The translations under genes and the position numbers were made by a program. The notes below the pieces were generated by a model. That model had not been told where the DNA came from. It did no database searches and saw only the letters and a program-made list of their open reading frames with translations. From Eremomyces bilateralis CBS 781.70 (taxonomy: Eukaryota), in the NCBI GenBank assembly GCA_010015585.1, contig ML975164.1: 64,000 nt of DNA. One strand, written 5' to 3'. Below, in pieces: positions 36,360 to 47,953 of the stretch; the first letter of the stretch is position 1, and each line of letters opens with the position of its first letter.

Positions 36360-37915
36360 CCAATCACCCTTCCTTCAGATTTGAGGAGCAAAACAAACCG
36401 CCCTGCCAGGCCTGCTCCGAAGGGCTTTTCCGCTTCCGGCCGCGCTTTCCTTTGCTCGTCTCAGCTTCTTTTGCAGCACGCTTCGCCCGCGCCTCCTCGA
36501 AGTCTTCATAGCTCATCACCTTCGCCCTCCCTAACACGGTAGACTTAGTCGACCGGCGACGTTTGGCTTCATCATTCTATTTGACTAGATTTTGATTGTC
36601 ATTCTCGAGCAGGGCACGTTCCGCGAAGGATATTTGGGCGGCGTTAAGCAGTTTCTCTAGGCACAGCTTGCTCTCGTCGTCAAGTGCATGAGTGTCCATT
36701 TCGACTAGACCACGTAGCGAACGAAGAGCGTCTACTGTTACGGGAGTCTGGAGTACTTCGTCTTGAGAACATGACCCAATGTTCACGTCATTGGCATTCG
36801 GAACAGTTACCTCCGCCGGTGGCTTCCAAATGTCTCTGAGTACCCTATCTGGGTTAAATGGGTACAAACCGCTTCTACCCCAGCCGGCCCTTATGTTATG
36901 AGCAGTGAACGCTTTCTCCCGCGCAGCGCTGTAGAGGGTTGTGAAGTGCTCCTTGCCAACTGTGTTTGCACCTCCTCGATAGAACCGCTCGGCTTCGTCG
37001 CGGTAGGCTGCCTTCAGGGGGCCAAATACTCCAATATCACAGGGCTTGAGCTTGTGAGAAGTGTGAGATGGGAGACGGCACAGGCGAATGTTATTTTCAA
37101 GGCAAAACTGTAAGATTTCGAGCGTTTCGAGCGTTCCGAAACCATCGCAGATCAGGACACGCGGTTTCTGACCCGCCCGCTCTTTGGTTTGCGGATCGAA
37201 CACTCGCGTCAACCACTCCAAGCTGATCTTAGAATCTGTGTATCCTGATTCGGAGCATGCATAGTGCCACCCAAGAGTTGAGAAGGTGGTCCAGTTGCTC
37301 CGATGGGTCGTTGGCGGCCAGATTACGAGAGGGGAGAGATACCTACCATCGCAGGAAATACATTCTACAGCTGTAATCATTGTCCGCTTGACACCCGCAC
37401 CTCTGTAATTTCGCGAGTCGTCCTTACCTACCAGGACTTTGACGGAACCCAGCATGCAGAGCATGACGCCAGTCTCATCCATGTTATAGACATTTTCTCG
37501 GGGAACGCCTGGATCCTCTAACACCTTTCCGATCACCTCAAACCAGTGTGTGACCTTATCATATATGTTGTTATCATGGCGATTCCAATCTACGGCCTTG
37601 ACCTTTCTTGCCTTGAGCACTGGGTTGCGTATCTCAAAGCCTTTTGGCCAATTCTTGTTCGGGGGCTTTGTCGCTGCTTTTGACGTAGAACGTCGACTTG
37701 CGATGCAAAACGCAAGCGACCGGACATGCTTGATTGGAATAGGGTAACCTAGATCGGCCGACCTTTTCAAGTACTGAGCGAAAGCTTTCTCTTCCGCCGG
37801 AGTTAGGTACTGTTGGCTCCTCGCCTTGTCTTATTTGGAGCGTCGTCCGTGGGCCCGATGCCATAGGGTAGATTTGGAGACTTTACCATGTTCCGATAGG
37901 GCACGGTATGTGCAA
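36360..37915 (-). mobile_element. Fot1/pogo-family DDE transposase pseudogene
   Basis: HTH region STLWHRAHGR..QQYLTPAEEK, then YNMDETG, LICDGFGT, LPSHTSHKLKPCDIGVFGPLK and the tail NDEAKRRRSTKS..AKVMSYEDF. Premature stops at 37833-37831 and 36579-36577. No TIRs were found. Confidence 0.9.
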
Positions 37916-38822
37916 GGTTGAGATTCAGGGGGACCATCTACGAGGACTTGACTGGCGCGGTCCATGCTCACTGTGGTTGTGGTGGGGGTGGTGGTGACGA
38001 CGAGGAAAGAGACCAGAGAGCGAGCGCAACGGCCCAGGCGCTATCTGAGGTGGAAATGAGCCAGAACCCGAAGGAGGGTTTCTTTTTGGGCCCCATCTAT
38101 TTTTAGTTACCCACATTTGTTCGGTTTCTTGATGCTTCGCTGGGTGACAGTCGAGGAGAAGGCTTCTCGTGGTTGCGGTGAAATCCAGCATTGTCGATGA
38201 ATCTTGTGAAAGTTTTCAAAGTCAGCTCTCGCGAGCTTCCCTACAAGTCTCGCATCCCCTGCCACACGCTGAGGGTAATCTGGAACGGAGCGAATCACAG
38301 CCTTGAAGCAGATGATCGTGGCTTGCTGCAACCAGCTGCCAAAAGATACAAGCCACAAAACTATGCTGTGGCGTTCAACGCTCAGAGATCCTGAAAGTCA
38401 CAAACAGATACACACACACACAATTTATTATGCCCGGTGGCGATACAGAGACTTGCAAAAATCAGCTTCAGCTTTTTACATGCGCACGTTGTTTCTTACC
38501 TCAGCTCAGCCTCTTGTAGCCGCTCAGCGCTTGAATGCCCCGTTCGCCATCAGCTTCAATGCCTGCCCGAGCGACTGCTGCATTGTCGCCTCCCTATTAA
38601 GAAACCCCGCCTAAACAGATTTCATCAAGTCACGTGACTACACAGCGCAGGGTAAGCCAGCTTACCCTGCACGAGACGGCACGGGACGGCAGAGACAGGG
38701 AGACCCGCTCACCCGCGCCTACGTTCCCCAACTTTACGTGTTTCGACATTCATTATCATCATCCGACTCGTCTTTCATCACCCCATTTTCATGACACTCT
38801 ATTCTAAGGTGATTTAGTGCGA

Positions 38823-40031
38823 TGATGCTCTCTTCATGGCCGTTCATGCGCGGACTTATGCTACTGCTTAGCAGTTTGTCACTCGTTTTCGCCACTTGGG
38901 ATGATAATTTTGCGGGCCTCTTCCCAGAATATAACAATGGATTTCAGCTGCTCTTGCGCAACAACTGTTCCTCACAACACGCCATTTACCTAGAGGATCG
39001 AGACGGCGATACCAGGGTCGAGCCGATTCTAAAGGCATTTGGTCTAGATTCCGCGGCAAATAATGTTGTCCAGTGTCTTCTCACATCTACCCCAGAAGCC
39101 ATCAAAGTTAAAATGGCATCAGCCCAGGTCGGTTCTTTTTTTCTTTTTTTCGAAAGATTCGTTAACGAGCCTCAGGTTATTCTCGGGTACATTCGCTCTC
39201 AAGCCAGTGGTAACTGATTGCTAAAATTAACCCTTACATAGTCTTACTCCATCAATCCTCGCAACTCTCGGCGCCAGCCCCCAGGAGACCGCTATGCTCT
39301 CCGTTTTCGCTAAAAGACCATTGTTATCAGCTCTTCTCGCCGCCGGCTCACCTGCAGTCTTTCCCCTCCGATCATTCGAATACACAAGGACTATCGAGGA
39401 TCTGCTGGAGCGCGATTTTCAAAAACCCGCAATTTTCAATGACCTTGATCCCGTTATTCTCGTCCTGGAGTATCTTCTCGCTGCTGCATCGGTGGGAAAC
39501 ATTGGCGAGCTATGCTATCGACTAGGAGGACGCGTCCTCAGTGCTATATTTACAGGCGACGAACAACATTATTTTATCTGGGCTTGGATTGGTTTGGCTA
39601 TTCATGGTTTTGGAGCGCTTACTCTTTACCGTAGAACGAAGGTTACAACTCTTGGAGGAGAGTACGACCAGCACCATGGGCACACCGTTTTTAACCAGTT
39701 CAAGCTACAGGCAAGACAAACTCGACTTTGCATTGAGATTCGCCGAGAATCCCTTCTCTTCCTAGCTATCTACTGGTTTACCACCTTACTAACAGTGTGC
39801 CACATCGTCTACGGCACGATTCTATTTTCCAGTATGCTGTTTATCTCAGTGGAAGATGCCATTTCTGTTATCGCCCGGCTGATGGGAAGCGTCATCGTGT
39901 GTCGGATTGTTCTAAGTTATGAGTTAGTTAACCTCCAAAGCATCGTTAAGGAGATTAAGAAGGAAAGAATCGCAGATATTACAGATGCGACCGCTGAGAG
40001 GGAAATGGAGGAGAGGCAGGGATCGAAATGA
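38823..40031 (+). CDS. Multi-pass membrane protein of unknown function; introns 39128-39175 and 39187-39241 flank an 11-nt micro-exon
   Basis: Signal-like N-terminus. The spliced junction reads KMASAQ|VILG|LTPSILATLGASPQETAML..RPLLSALLAAGSP, and several hydrophobic segments follow. Confidence 0.7.
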
Positions 40032-40738
40032 ACGCTGACGCAAATTGACACGAACAGCGGCTCTATGTAATGTCTATGTGGATACTTCACTTACTAAAAA
40101 ATAAAAACCGAAATAGTCCAAATCTACGCTTAGTTAACTTGTCGCCTGCTGAAAACCAAAGGATATAACCAGTTGATATTCTTTCTCCTTTGAGCATGGT
40201 CGTCACCTACGGTACGGGGCGAAATAGATGGTGTTGAAATTCATTGCGTTCTTCCACGCTAGGACACAGGTAGCCTTTAGGAATGGAATCGCCAAGCCAG
40301 GCCCCCAGGTCCGAGCTGAGCCACCACACCAGACGGCAGACATCTTGCACTTTTGGCGCCTTAGAGCATAAGGCTAAAATTACATTACAAGCCTTACATC
40401 AGCCGCGCTTGGCCTTGGCGCGCTAACCGGGACAGAGTCATCATCTAACTAGTTAGAGGTACGTACTAACTTTAATGAATGGTCCGACAAAGCGCACCTG
40501 TACAGTGTGGCCGTGCAACCATCACGAGGTATAACCAACGTACTGGGCTCGCCTGCGCTCCACCTACGAGGAGAAGAAGCCACCACGGTCGGACCCAAAA
40601 CTTGGATCCTGAAGAAATAGTTCTATCACAATATTACCACTTCATCCCTCGTACCAATCTCATATCTTACAGTTACCGCACCATATATTCACACTGAACC
40701 CCAGATCCCTCGATGAAAGAGATATTAAGAAGAAAAAA

Positions 40739-43700
40739 TTAAGAAATAGAGTTGAAGCTGCACATCCATACCTTTCCAGATCCCACGCCGATACCTACAG
40801 TCTTCGCGGACACAGATGAACATGACGGCCGATACTCTGAAGGTAGCCACAAAATGTTCTCAGAATCATATGTGATCCACACTCCAGTTGAACTTAACCC
40901 TACCCCTTTATATTGGAGACCTTGAGGATGTGTTTCAATCGCGTTCGTAAAGGAAGCTGATGACGGGTCTATCGCGATAGTCCCGATATCAGTTTGAAGT
41001 AAAGAACTGGTAGCGTCGAATAGTACGTTATGGAGACTCTTTTCAACCTCGAGCGTCTGGAGACACGCGCCGCTGTTCGCATCCCAGATCTTGACGGTGG
41101 TGTCCATCGACGCTGAAGCGAGCCGGGTCGAGTCGGACGAGAAGACCACCGACATGACCCAACCGATGTGGCCCTTAAGGGTCTGGAGACACACGCCGCT
41201 ACTTATATCCCAGATCTTAACGGTCTCGTCGTCCGACGCGGAGGCGAGCCGGGTCGAGTCAAGTGAGAAGGCCACCGAGCGGACTAGCTCGCTATGGCCC
41301 TCGAAGGTCTGGAGACACGCGCCGCTGCTCGCATCCCAGATCTTAACGGTCTTGTCGTACGACGCGGAGGCGAGTGCGGTCGAGTTACATGAGAAGGCCA
41401 CTGAGCTGACCCCATTGCTGTGGCCCTTAAGGGTCTGGAGACACACGCCGCTACTCGCATCCCAGATCTTGACGGTCTTATCATCCGACGCTGAAGCGAG
41501 CCGGGTCGAGTCACGTGAAACGACCACCGACATAACCCTCTCGCCGTGGCCCTCGAGGGTCTGGAGACACGCGCCGCTGCTCGCATCCCAGATCTTGACG
41601 GTCTCGTCGTCCGACGCGGAGGCGAGCCGGGTCGAGTCAAGTGAGAAGGCCACCGAGCGGACCCAATCGCTATGGCCCTCAAGGGTCTGGAGACACGCGC
41701 CGCTGCTCGGATCCCAGATCTTGACGGTCTCGTCGTACGACGCGGAGGCGAGCCGGGTCGAGTCACGTGAGAAGACCACCGAGTAGACCGGACCGCTATG
41801 GCCCTTAAGGGTCTGGAGACACGCGCCGCTGCTCGGATCCCAGATCTTAACGGTCTTGTCGTACGACGCGGAGGCGAGCGCGGTCGAGTTACATGAGAAG
41901 GCCACTGAGCTGACCCTATTGCTGTGGCCCTTAAGGGTCTGGAGACACACGCCGCTACTCGCATCCCAGATCTTGACGGACTTGTCGAATGATGCGGAGG
42001 CGAGCCGGGTCGAGTCACGAGAGAAGGCTACTTCACTGATCCTACCGCTATGACCCTCGAGGGTCTGGAGACACGCGCCGCTGCTCGGATCCCAAATATT
42101 GACGGTCTTGTCTTCCGACGCAGAGGCGAGCGCGGTCGAGTTACATGAGAAGGTTACTGAGCTGACCCGATCGCTATGGCCCTCGAGGGTCTGGAGACAC
42201 GCGCCGCTACTCGCATCCCAGATCTTGACGGTCTTATCGGACGACGCGGAGGCGATCCGGCTCGAGTCACGTAAGAAGACCACTGAGCTGACGGAATCGC
42301 TGTGGCCCTTAAGGGTCTGGAGACACGCGCCGCTGTTCGCATCCCAGATCTTGACGGTGGTGTCCCTCGACGCTGAAGCGAGCCGGGTCGAGTCGGACGA
42401 GAAGACCACCGAGCCGACCCAACCACTGTGGCCCTTAAGGGTCTGGAGGCACGCGCCGCTGCTCGGATCCCAGATCTTGACGGTCTTGTCGTACGACGCG
42501 GAGGCGAGCCGGGTCGAGTCACGTGAAAAGACCACCGATATGACCCGATCGCTATGCCCCTCAAGGGTCTGGAGGCAGGCGCTCCATTCATCGCTTATAG
42601 CCGGCTGAATCGTGATCCCGTTCGGCTCTTCGTGCTTGAAGAGTCCTCTAATTAGACTGCGCGCCGGACTGAATAGTAGTGCAGACGCATACGCCTGGAG
42701 AGGACTGGTTTCTATTGCCAGCTTGTGAGACATGATAAATCGGCGCGCATCTTTGACGAGTTTGAGCAATCCAGACTCGTCCGCGTTTCTCTATATCAAG
42801 TTAGTGTATTATGTATGCAAAGGCTGGGCTAAGGATTACTTGAATGAGGTCCTCGAGTTTCGCCATAGAGACCACCCCTTCCGACATACTTCTACAAAGG
42901 CTCAGAGCCTCGAGCCAGTAGAGGTATCTCTGACGTAGGAATATGTTGATAGATCCACCATCTTGGAGGTCATTAGTCGCATTCTTAGTCGGTGCACAGT
43001 CCAGCAGATGGTCGATCCAATAGATACTCGAGTATCGCACTGAAGATAGCGGATCTGGATCGGGTTGCTTGACTTGATCAATGGGGAGCCCCGGAGCACC
43101 TAGACCATAGACGTCACGTCTTAGGGTTTTAGACATGACTTGAAGTGATTGGGAGAATATGGTGCGATGTGTGTCTTCTATCCCAGATGGATGGATCTCG
43201 TTGCGTTGCTTGTGGGCCAAGAAGTCCTTCGCCGATTGGTGAACAAGGTATATAGTGTGCTCTCGGATATTCAGAAATGAGCCACAAAGCCCAATAATCT
43301 CCGATAGAGCTTCGTATTTGCCAGCAACTCTGTTAAGCATATTGACGAAGCATACCAACTCGTCTAAAGTAATTGGCCGGCGTACTGTCAAGACGATGGC
43401 CAATATGCTTTTGCATAGCTTTGCATATCTCGAACTGTAGATCTGATCCAACATCCGTTTGTACAGAAGATCGAGACCTGGTGGAAACGCTAAAGCCATC
43501 TCTTCAGCTTCCCATTCAGAGGCATTGGCGAGTTCTTGGCACACCAAAGCCACCCAAAGAAAAGTGCCCTTTGCGTTGAGCGACAGGTAATGATGGACAT
43601 CGTCTCGTGTATCATCGCTGTATCTCTTTCGTTCCGCTAGCATATCCACCTTGAACTGGATGAATGTCGTAATGGCAGCAGCGACCGATTTTTCGTTCAG

Positions 43701-45086
43701 TTCAAGACACAGCCTCACCTTCTGCGTCGCAGCGTCGAGATTCTCCTCGATACTAGGCCAGTTTCGACTAGAAATGATCCACTTGATGCGGGGGGATGTA
43801 GACGACATCTGTACAATGAAGTCCAACAGTTTCGGTAAGCCTTCCACGCATTCGTCGAGTGCGTCGACGACCAAATACGTCGTAGTTAAGCTCCGGTCGT
43901 GAAGAATGTTGGTGAAGATCTCAGATAGAACAACCCAGGCATTTGCGTCCTCGAAGAGTGTTTTGCCGGCATGATCGTACTTCTCCCGTACGTGTGAGAT
44001 CAGAGATGGCTGTTGGTCGATAAGCAAATATATCAGACCTCGTAGCACGGCCGTGGCATTGTTGATTCGAGAATCAGTCGCCTGACAGAAGAAGTAGGAG
44101 AGAAGATCCGACTTGGCTATACATATATTTAGCTCGTCGATAATACCGCAGAGCAGCATAGTTTTTCCCTTTCCGGGATCGCCCTTAATCCAGAGCAGCC
44201 GGCTGCTTTGGTCGTTGCGCCATTGTTGAAAGTCGGAGTTGTCGAGGATCCAGCGGTACGAGTCTTCTAGTAAGCCACCCTTCGTAGCTTCGATACGCTT
44301 CTTGTCATGGCGCGGGTCGGTGAGTCGTAAATCTTGGATACATTTCTCTAGCTTATCGATCTCTTCTTGAAGCCGTTTAAACGCGCTCTTCATCCCTTCG
44401 CCATAACGAGGTGATATATATACGCCGAAAATGCCTAGCAATGAGTAGGCTCGATCTTCCTTAAGCTTCGTCTGGCGGGATTGTATCCATGAAAATCGTT
44501 CTTCGACGCTGAATTGAGATAAAGGGCCTCCTTGAAGTGCTGACTGAGGAATACCCGTTATCTCGTAAGTTTGTTGCTTTAGCGAATTTCCGTCACCAAG
44601 TCGCTTGCCTTCCCGGGAGAAGAATTCGATCGACGCTGGCACCAGGAGCTCTTGGAGTGTCCATCCCCGAGTGAACCACCTGCTTTTCCGGAAATCCGGT
44701 TCCCAACTGTCTCTTGAGTCCTCACACAATTTCCTCTTCCTAGTCGAAACATCCGACAGGTACACGTAGCACCGAGTCGCCTTGCGATACCACTGAAACA
44801 TCGAGTTGATCGCGCGCGAGAGTTCGCCGTGGTTTGTCTTGTCGATGCAGCAGGTATCAATCCAAAAGTATTGTAATCCATCTTGTCTGGTTTGATCTCT
44901 ACAGAACCGGATCTTCTCATACCCAAGCTTTTTCTCGCCGGTGCCATTTGTCACATCTTCGAAAGTCACCTCCTCGGTATCCGCTCCCCATGTGTGCGAG
45001 AGTATGGCATAGGGAGGAATCGGATCGTCGCCGACTAGGTCCTTTGTGAGCCTGACTCTGCTTTTCTCACGTTGTAGAAGTCGCAT
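40739..45086 (-). CDS. HET-NACHT-WD40 (HNWD, het-d/het-e-like) fungal NLR; intron 42839-42791
   Basis: HET domain (YAILSHTWG, YFWIDTCCIDK, WFTRGWTLQEL), NACHT P-loop WIKGDPGKGKT, Walker B LVVDALDEC, ISSR, VHQSAKDF and 12 WD40 repeats. The ORF is intact. Confidence 0.95.
41066..42577 (-). repeat. 12 x 126-bp highly conserved WD40 tandem repeats
   Basis: CLQTL(E/K)GH..V.SV.FS.DSTRLASAS.D.TVKIWD.SSG units with an exact 126-bp period. Confidence 0.97.
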
Positions 45087-45779
45087 GGTAGTGGGGGGAA
45101 GCTTGGCGCTAGCAGATGTCGGATCAGCGAGCAGTACGTGAAGCTGCTATCGGAGTGAAAAAGTGTAGAGGCCCCCGGCCCTACAGATATACGAGAGTCA
45201 CGGCAAGATTATTAATGCAGTTTGTAGCCTTGGACTCCTAGAGCTCATGCCTTGGCCTGCGACAATATGTTACGTGCATAATCATTCCACGCTGGCTAGG
45301 ATTGTTCATCGTTTCGAATAGAAGTACCTGCCTGTATGCCGAACTTGCGCGATCTTGCACGCTATGGCACAGACATCTCTGATGATGATTTCTAAATATC
45401 TTAATGTGACTCTAAGGCTCGGATAATGGTCTTGGATGAGTTTTAAAGGCAAGAAGGGTATAATAGTGGTGCTGTATGGTAATCGAGGAGGTCTGCTATG
45501 AGGATGATGACATACTTTCCGAAAACCAGGCGAGAACGTGGCCACCCCAATGAATTTTTTCAATTCAAATTGTCTAGCAAATTAAGAAATGGCTGTAAAG
45601 CACGATTCATCTTAAGTTATGGGATTATAATTGTATGTGCAGAGCCTGGATTGCTTTGAATTCGAAGTACCTACGAATTTGCCCGTCACGCAGGGATGCC
45701 CGCCATAGCTACAGGGAGGGAGGTTACTATTTTGTTGACTTGTTCGGAAGGTTTTTGGCGACGATATACTCTACGGAAG

Positions 45780-46322
45780 GGCCTACCAATCCCGATACTA
45801 ATCGATGACTATAATCATTATATGGGCGGCGTTGATATCGCAGATCAGCTCCGGTCCTGCTCATCAACGCAGCGCGTGTTCTTTCGGAATTGGTATCCAA
45901 TTTGGTTCTGGATTCTTGATACAGCTATCATCAACGCTTTTCTTATATCGAGGCAGATCTCCGAAACAAGTCTAAGCCAGAGAGACTTCCGGAGAGAGCT
46001 CGCCGCAGCGCTATTTAAGTACTCCGACGAGGTCTATAGAGACCATAGGACAGAGCTATTCCATAGGTCTACGACTCCGCAACCGCAACAGCTCAAAAAG
46101 CCTATCTCAGAGCACCGTCTAATTGCTCTAGATAAACAGGCTCGTTGCTATATCTGTCGAAGCGTCTTTTTTGCTACAAAGAAACGGAAATTTGGCGACG
46201 AGATTGTCGTCAACGGAGTTAACCGTAAGCGTCCTGGAAAGACAGGCTTCGGCTACTCTGTTTGTAATATCCCTATCTGTACAGGAGGAGGCTGTTGGCA
46301 TCATCATTTGAGCGAAATCTAG
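45780..46322 (+). mobile_element. piggyBac-like transposase C-terminal fragment
   Basis: Contains YNHYMGGVDIADQLR, WYPIWFWILDTAIINAFLI, QRDFRRELA and a C-terminal Cys-rich CYICR..YSVCNIPIC..CW. The N-terminal part is missing. Confidence 0.8.
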
Positions 46323-46567
46323 CTTGGAATTTTACAGTGGCAGCAAATATACGGATTTCATTGGTAGATGACCCCTGTACAAGTGTCACCGTGCCATCCT
46401 AGGCTAGGGGGCATGTTTTCAGCAGACGAAGGGATAGGACGGCCATGAGCAAATGAAAGCATATCAACCAAATTAATCCAAAAGCCGAACTATTTAAGGA
46501 CTCAATGGGACTGAACAAAGAGCTGCCTATTCCGAATACCTAATACCTTATCCAAATTTGGTACATC

Positions 46568-47342
46568 ATGTCGGAACATATTCTCGTTCTCGGTGCTACA
46601 GGCAAGTACCAATCCAGCGCTCCTCGTCCAAGATCTAATCTTCTTCTTCCAGGTGTGACTGGGCTAGCATTTTGTACCACTGCTTTGAAGGCGGGTCATC
46701 AGTTGACTCTATATGTCCGAAATCCAAGCAAACTACCAGCGGAGATTTCCGGCGACTCCAAAGTCACGGTGATCGAAGGATTATTATCCGATGCAACTGG
46801 ACTACAGAAAGCTGCGGCATCAGGTGCAAAAATTTTCGTATCCTTTGCAGGGCCTACCTACGGCTCCAAAGGCACAGTAGGTCCCTGTCTCCTTAGGCCT
46901 CAAAGTCCTTCCGGGTGCAGCGATAACTTTAATGCAGCCGGTTACCGATGCCATGAAGTTGATATTCCCTCTTCTGATCGAAAATCACTTCAAGAGGGCA
47001 TTGGTGCTAGGCACCTGTTCCTTCACGGCGCCCGAAGACAAAGGAGCACTGAAATGGAAAGCATCGGTGGTCTTGATCAAGATCATCGGCGGTACGGCTT
47101 TTCAAGAATTCCAGGGCCTCGGCGCGTTCGTCAGCTCGCAGGAGGTGTCTCAATTGAAGTGGACTCTTTTCAGAGTTCCTTTCCTCGGGAATGGTCCTGA
47201 GAAACCCGTGCACGCTTCATACACAGGCTCGGGCGAAGACGGCATGTTCTTATCGAGGCAAAGCATCGTCACTTGGGTTTTGACGGAGCTGAAGGAAGAT
47301 TCGGATTGGGTTGGGAAGACCCCTGTTCTTTCAAATTGGTAA
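46568..47342 (+). CDS. NAD(P)-binding Rossmann oxidoreductase (atypical SDR / flavin-reductase-like); introns 46602-46652 (GC-AG) and 46877-46937
   Basis: The spliced N-terminus is ILVLGATGVTG (GxxGxxG), followed by YVRNPSKLP, WTLFRVPFLGNG and WVGKTPVLSN. Confidence 0.88.
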
Positions 47343-47953
47343 TGACCCTCGGTGGATTTTGTTTAATAGCACGGCATTGGTACGTACTGCTTGCAACTAC
47401 AAGCTGCCAGTCTGTTGCACCATGCAGCTCTTACAGAGGGTCTCGACAGATTGCAAGCACGGGACCGAAGGCTTAAGCTTTTCACTATCATTGAAATAAG
47501 CGTTGTTACAATCTGGTGTTTCCCGGGGCTCCACCAGCGTGAATACAATTGACTATGCGGTTAAAACGCTCTATGCACGCAATAGCAATCCCGTTATCAA
47601 CCTCGTTCCGGGGAAGGCCTAGTCGAAGAGAAGGAAAACTTAGACAAAGGCCACTGGAATTTCCGTGACTCTAGCGAAGACGGAGGGCAGCTGGGTGGTC
47701 CTGAAATTCACGATCGATCTTTTCCACCCCGGAAGGAATTGATTAGCTTGACTACTTTTATTGTCCGATGGGCCATAGACGGGACGTTTCTCAACAATGT
47801 TGTATAGAGGAACTATCGAAAAGATTGTGAGATACATATTGTTTCCATCTGTTCGTGTCTCGCCACAATGATGGTCCAAGAGTACCTATATTGTCTCCGT
47901 CCCATGTACGCACGAGCGAACTTGATATATCGACTTGATATCCAAGCAGCAAC

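Noticed and set aside
38647..38690. Helitron 3' end at the hairpin
   Set aside because: There is no CTRR terminus at the expected distance on either strand.
41066..42608. Regular repeats as a CRISPR array, and the antisense repeat ORFs (41091-41786, 42099-42608)
   Set aside because: The DNA is eukaryotic, the units are contiguous 126-bp coding WD40 repeats without spacers, and the antisense ORFs are by-products.
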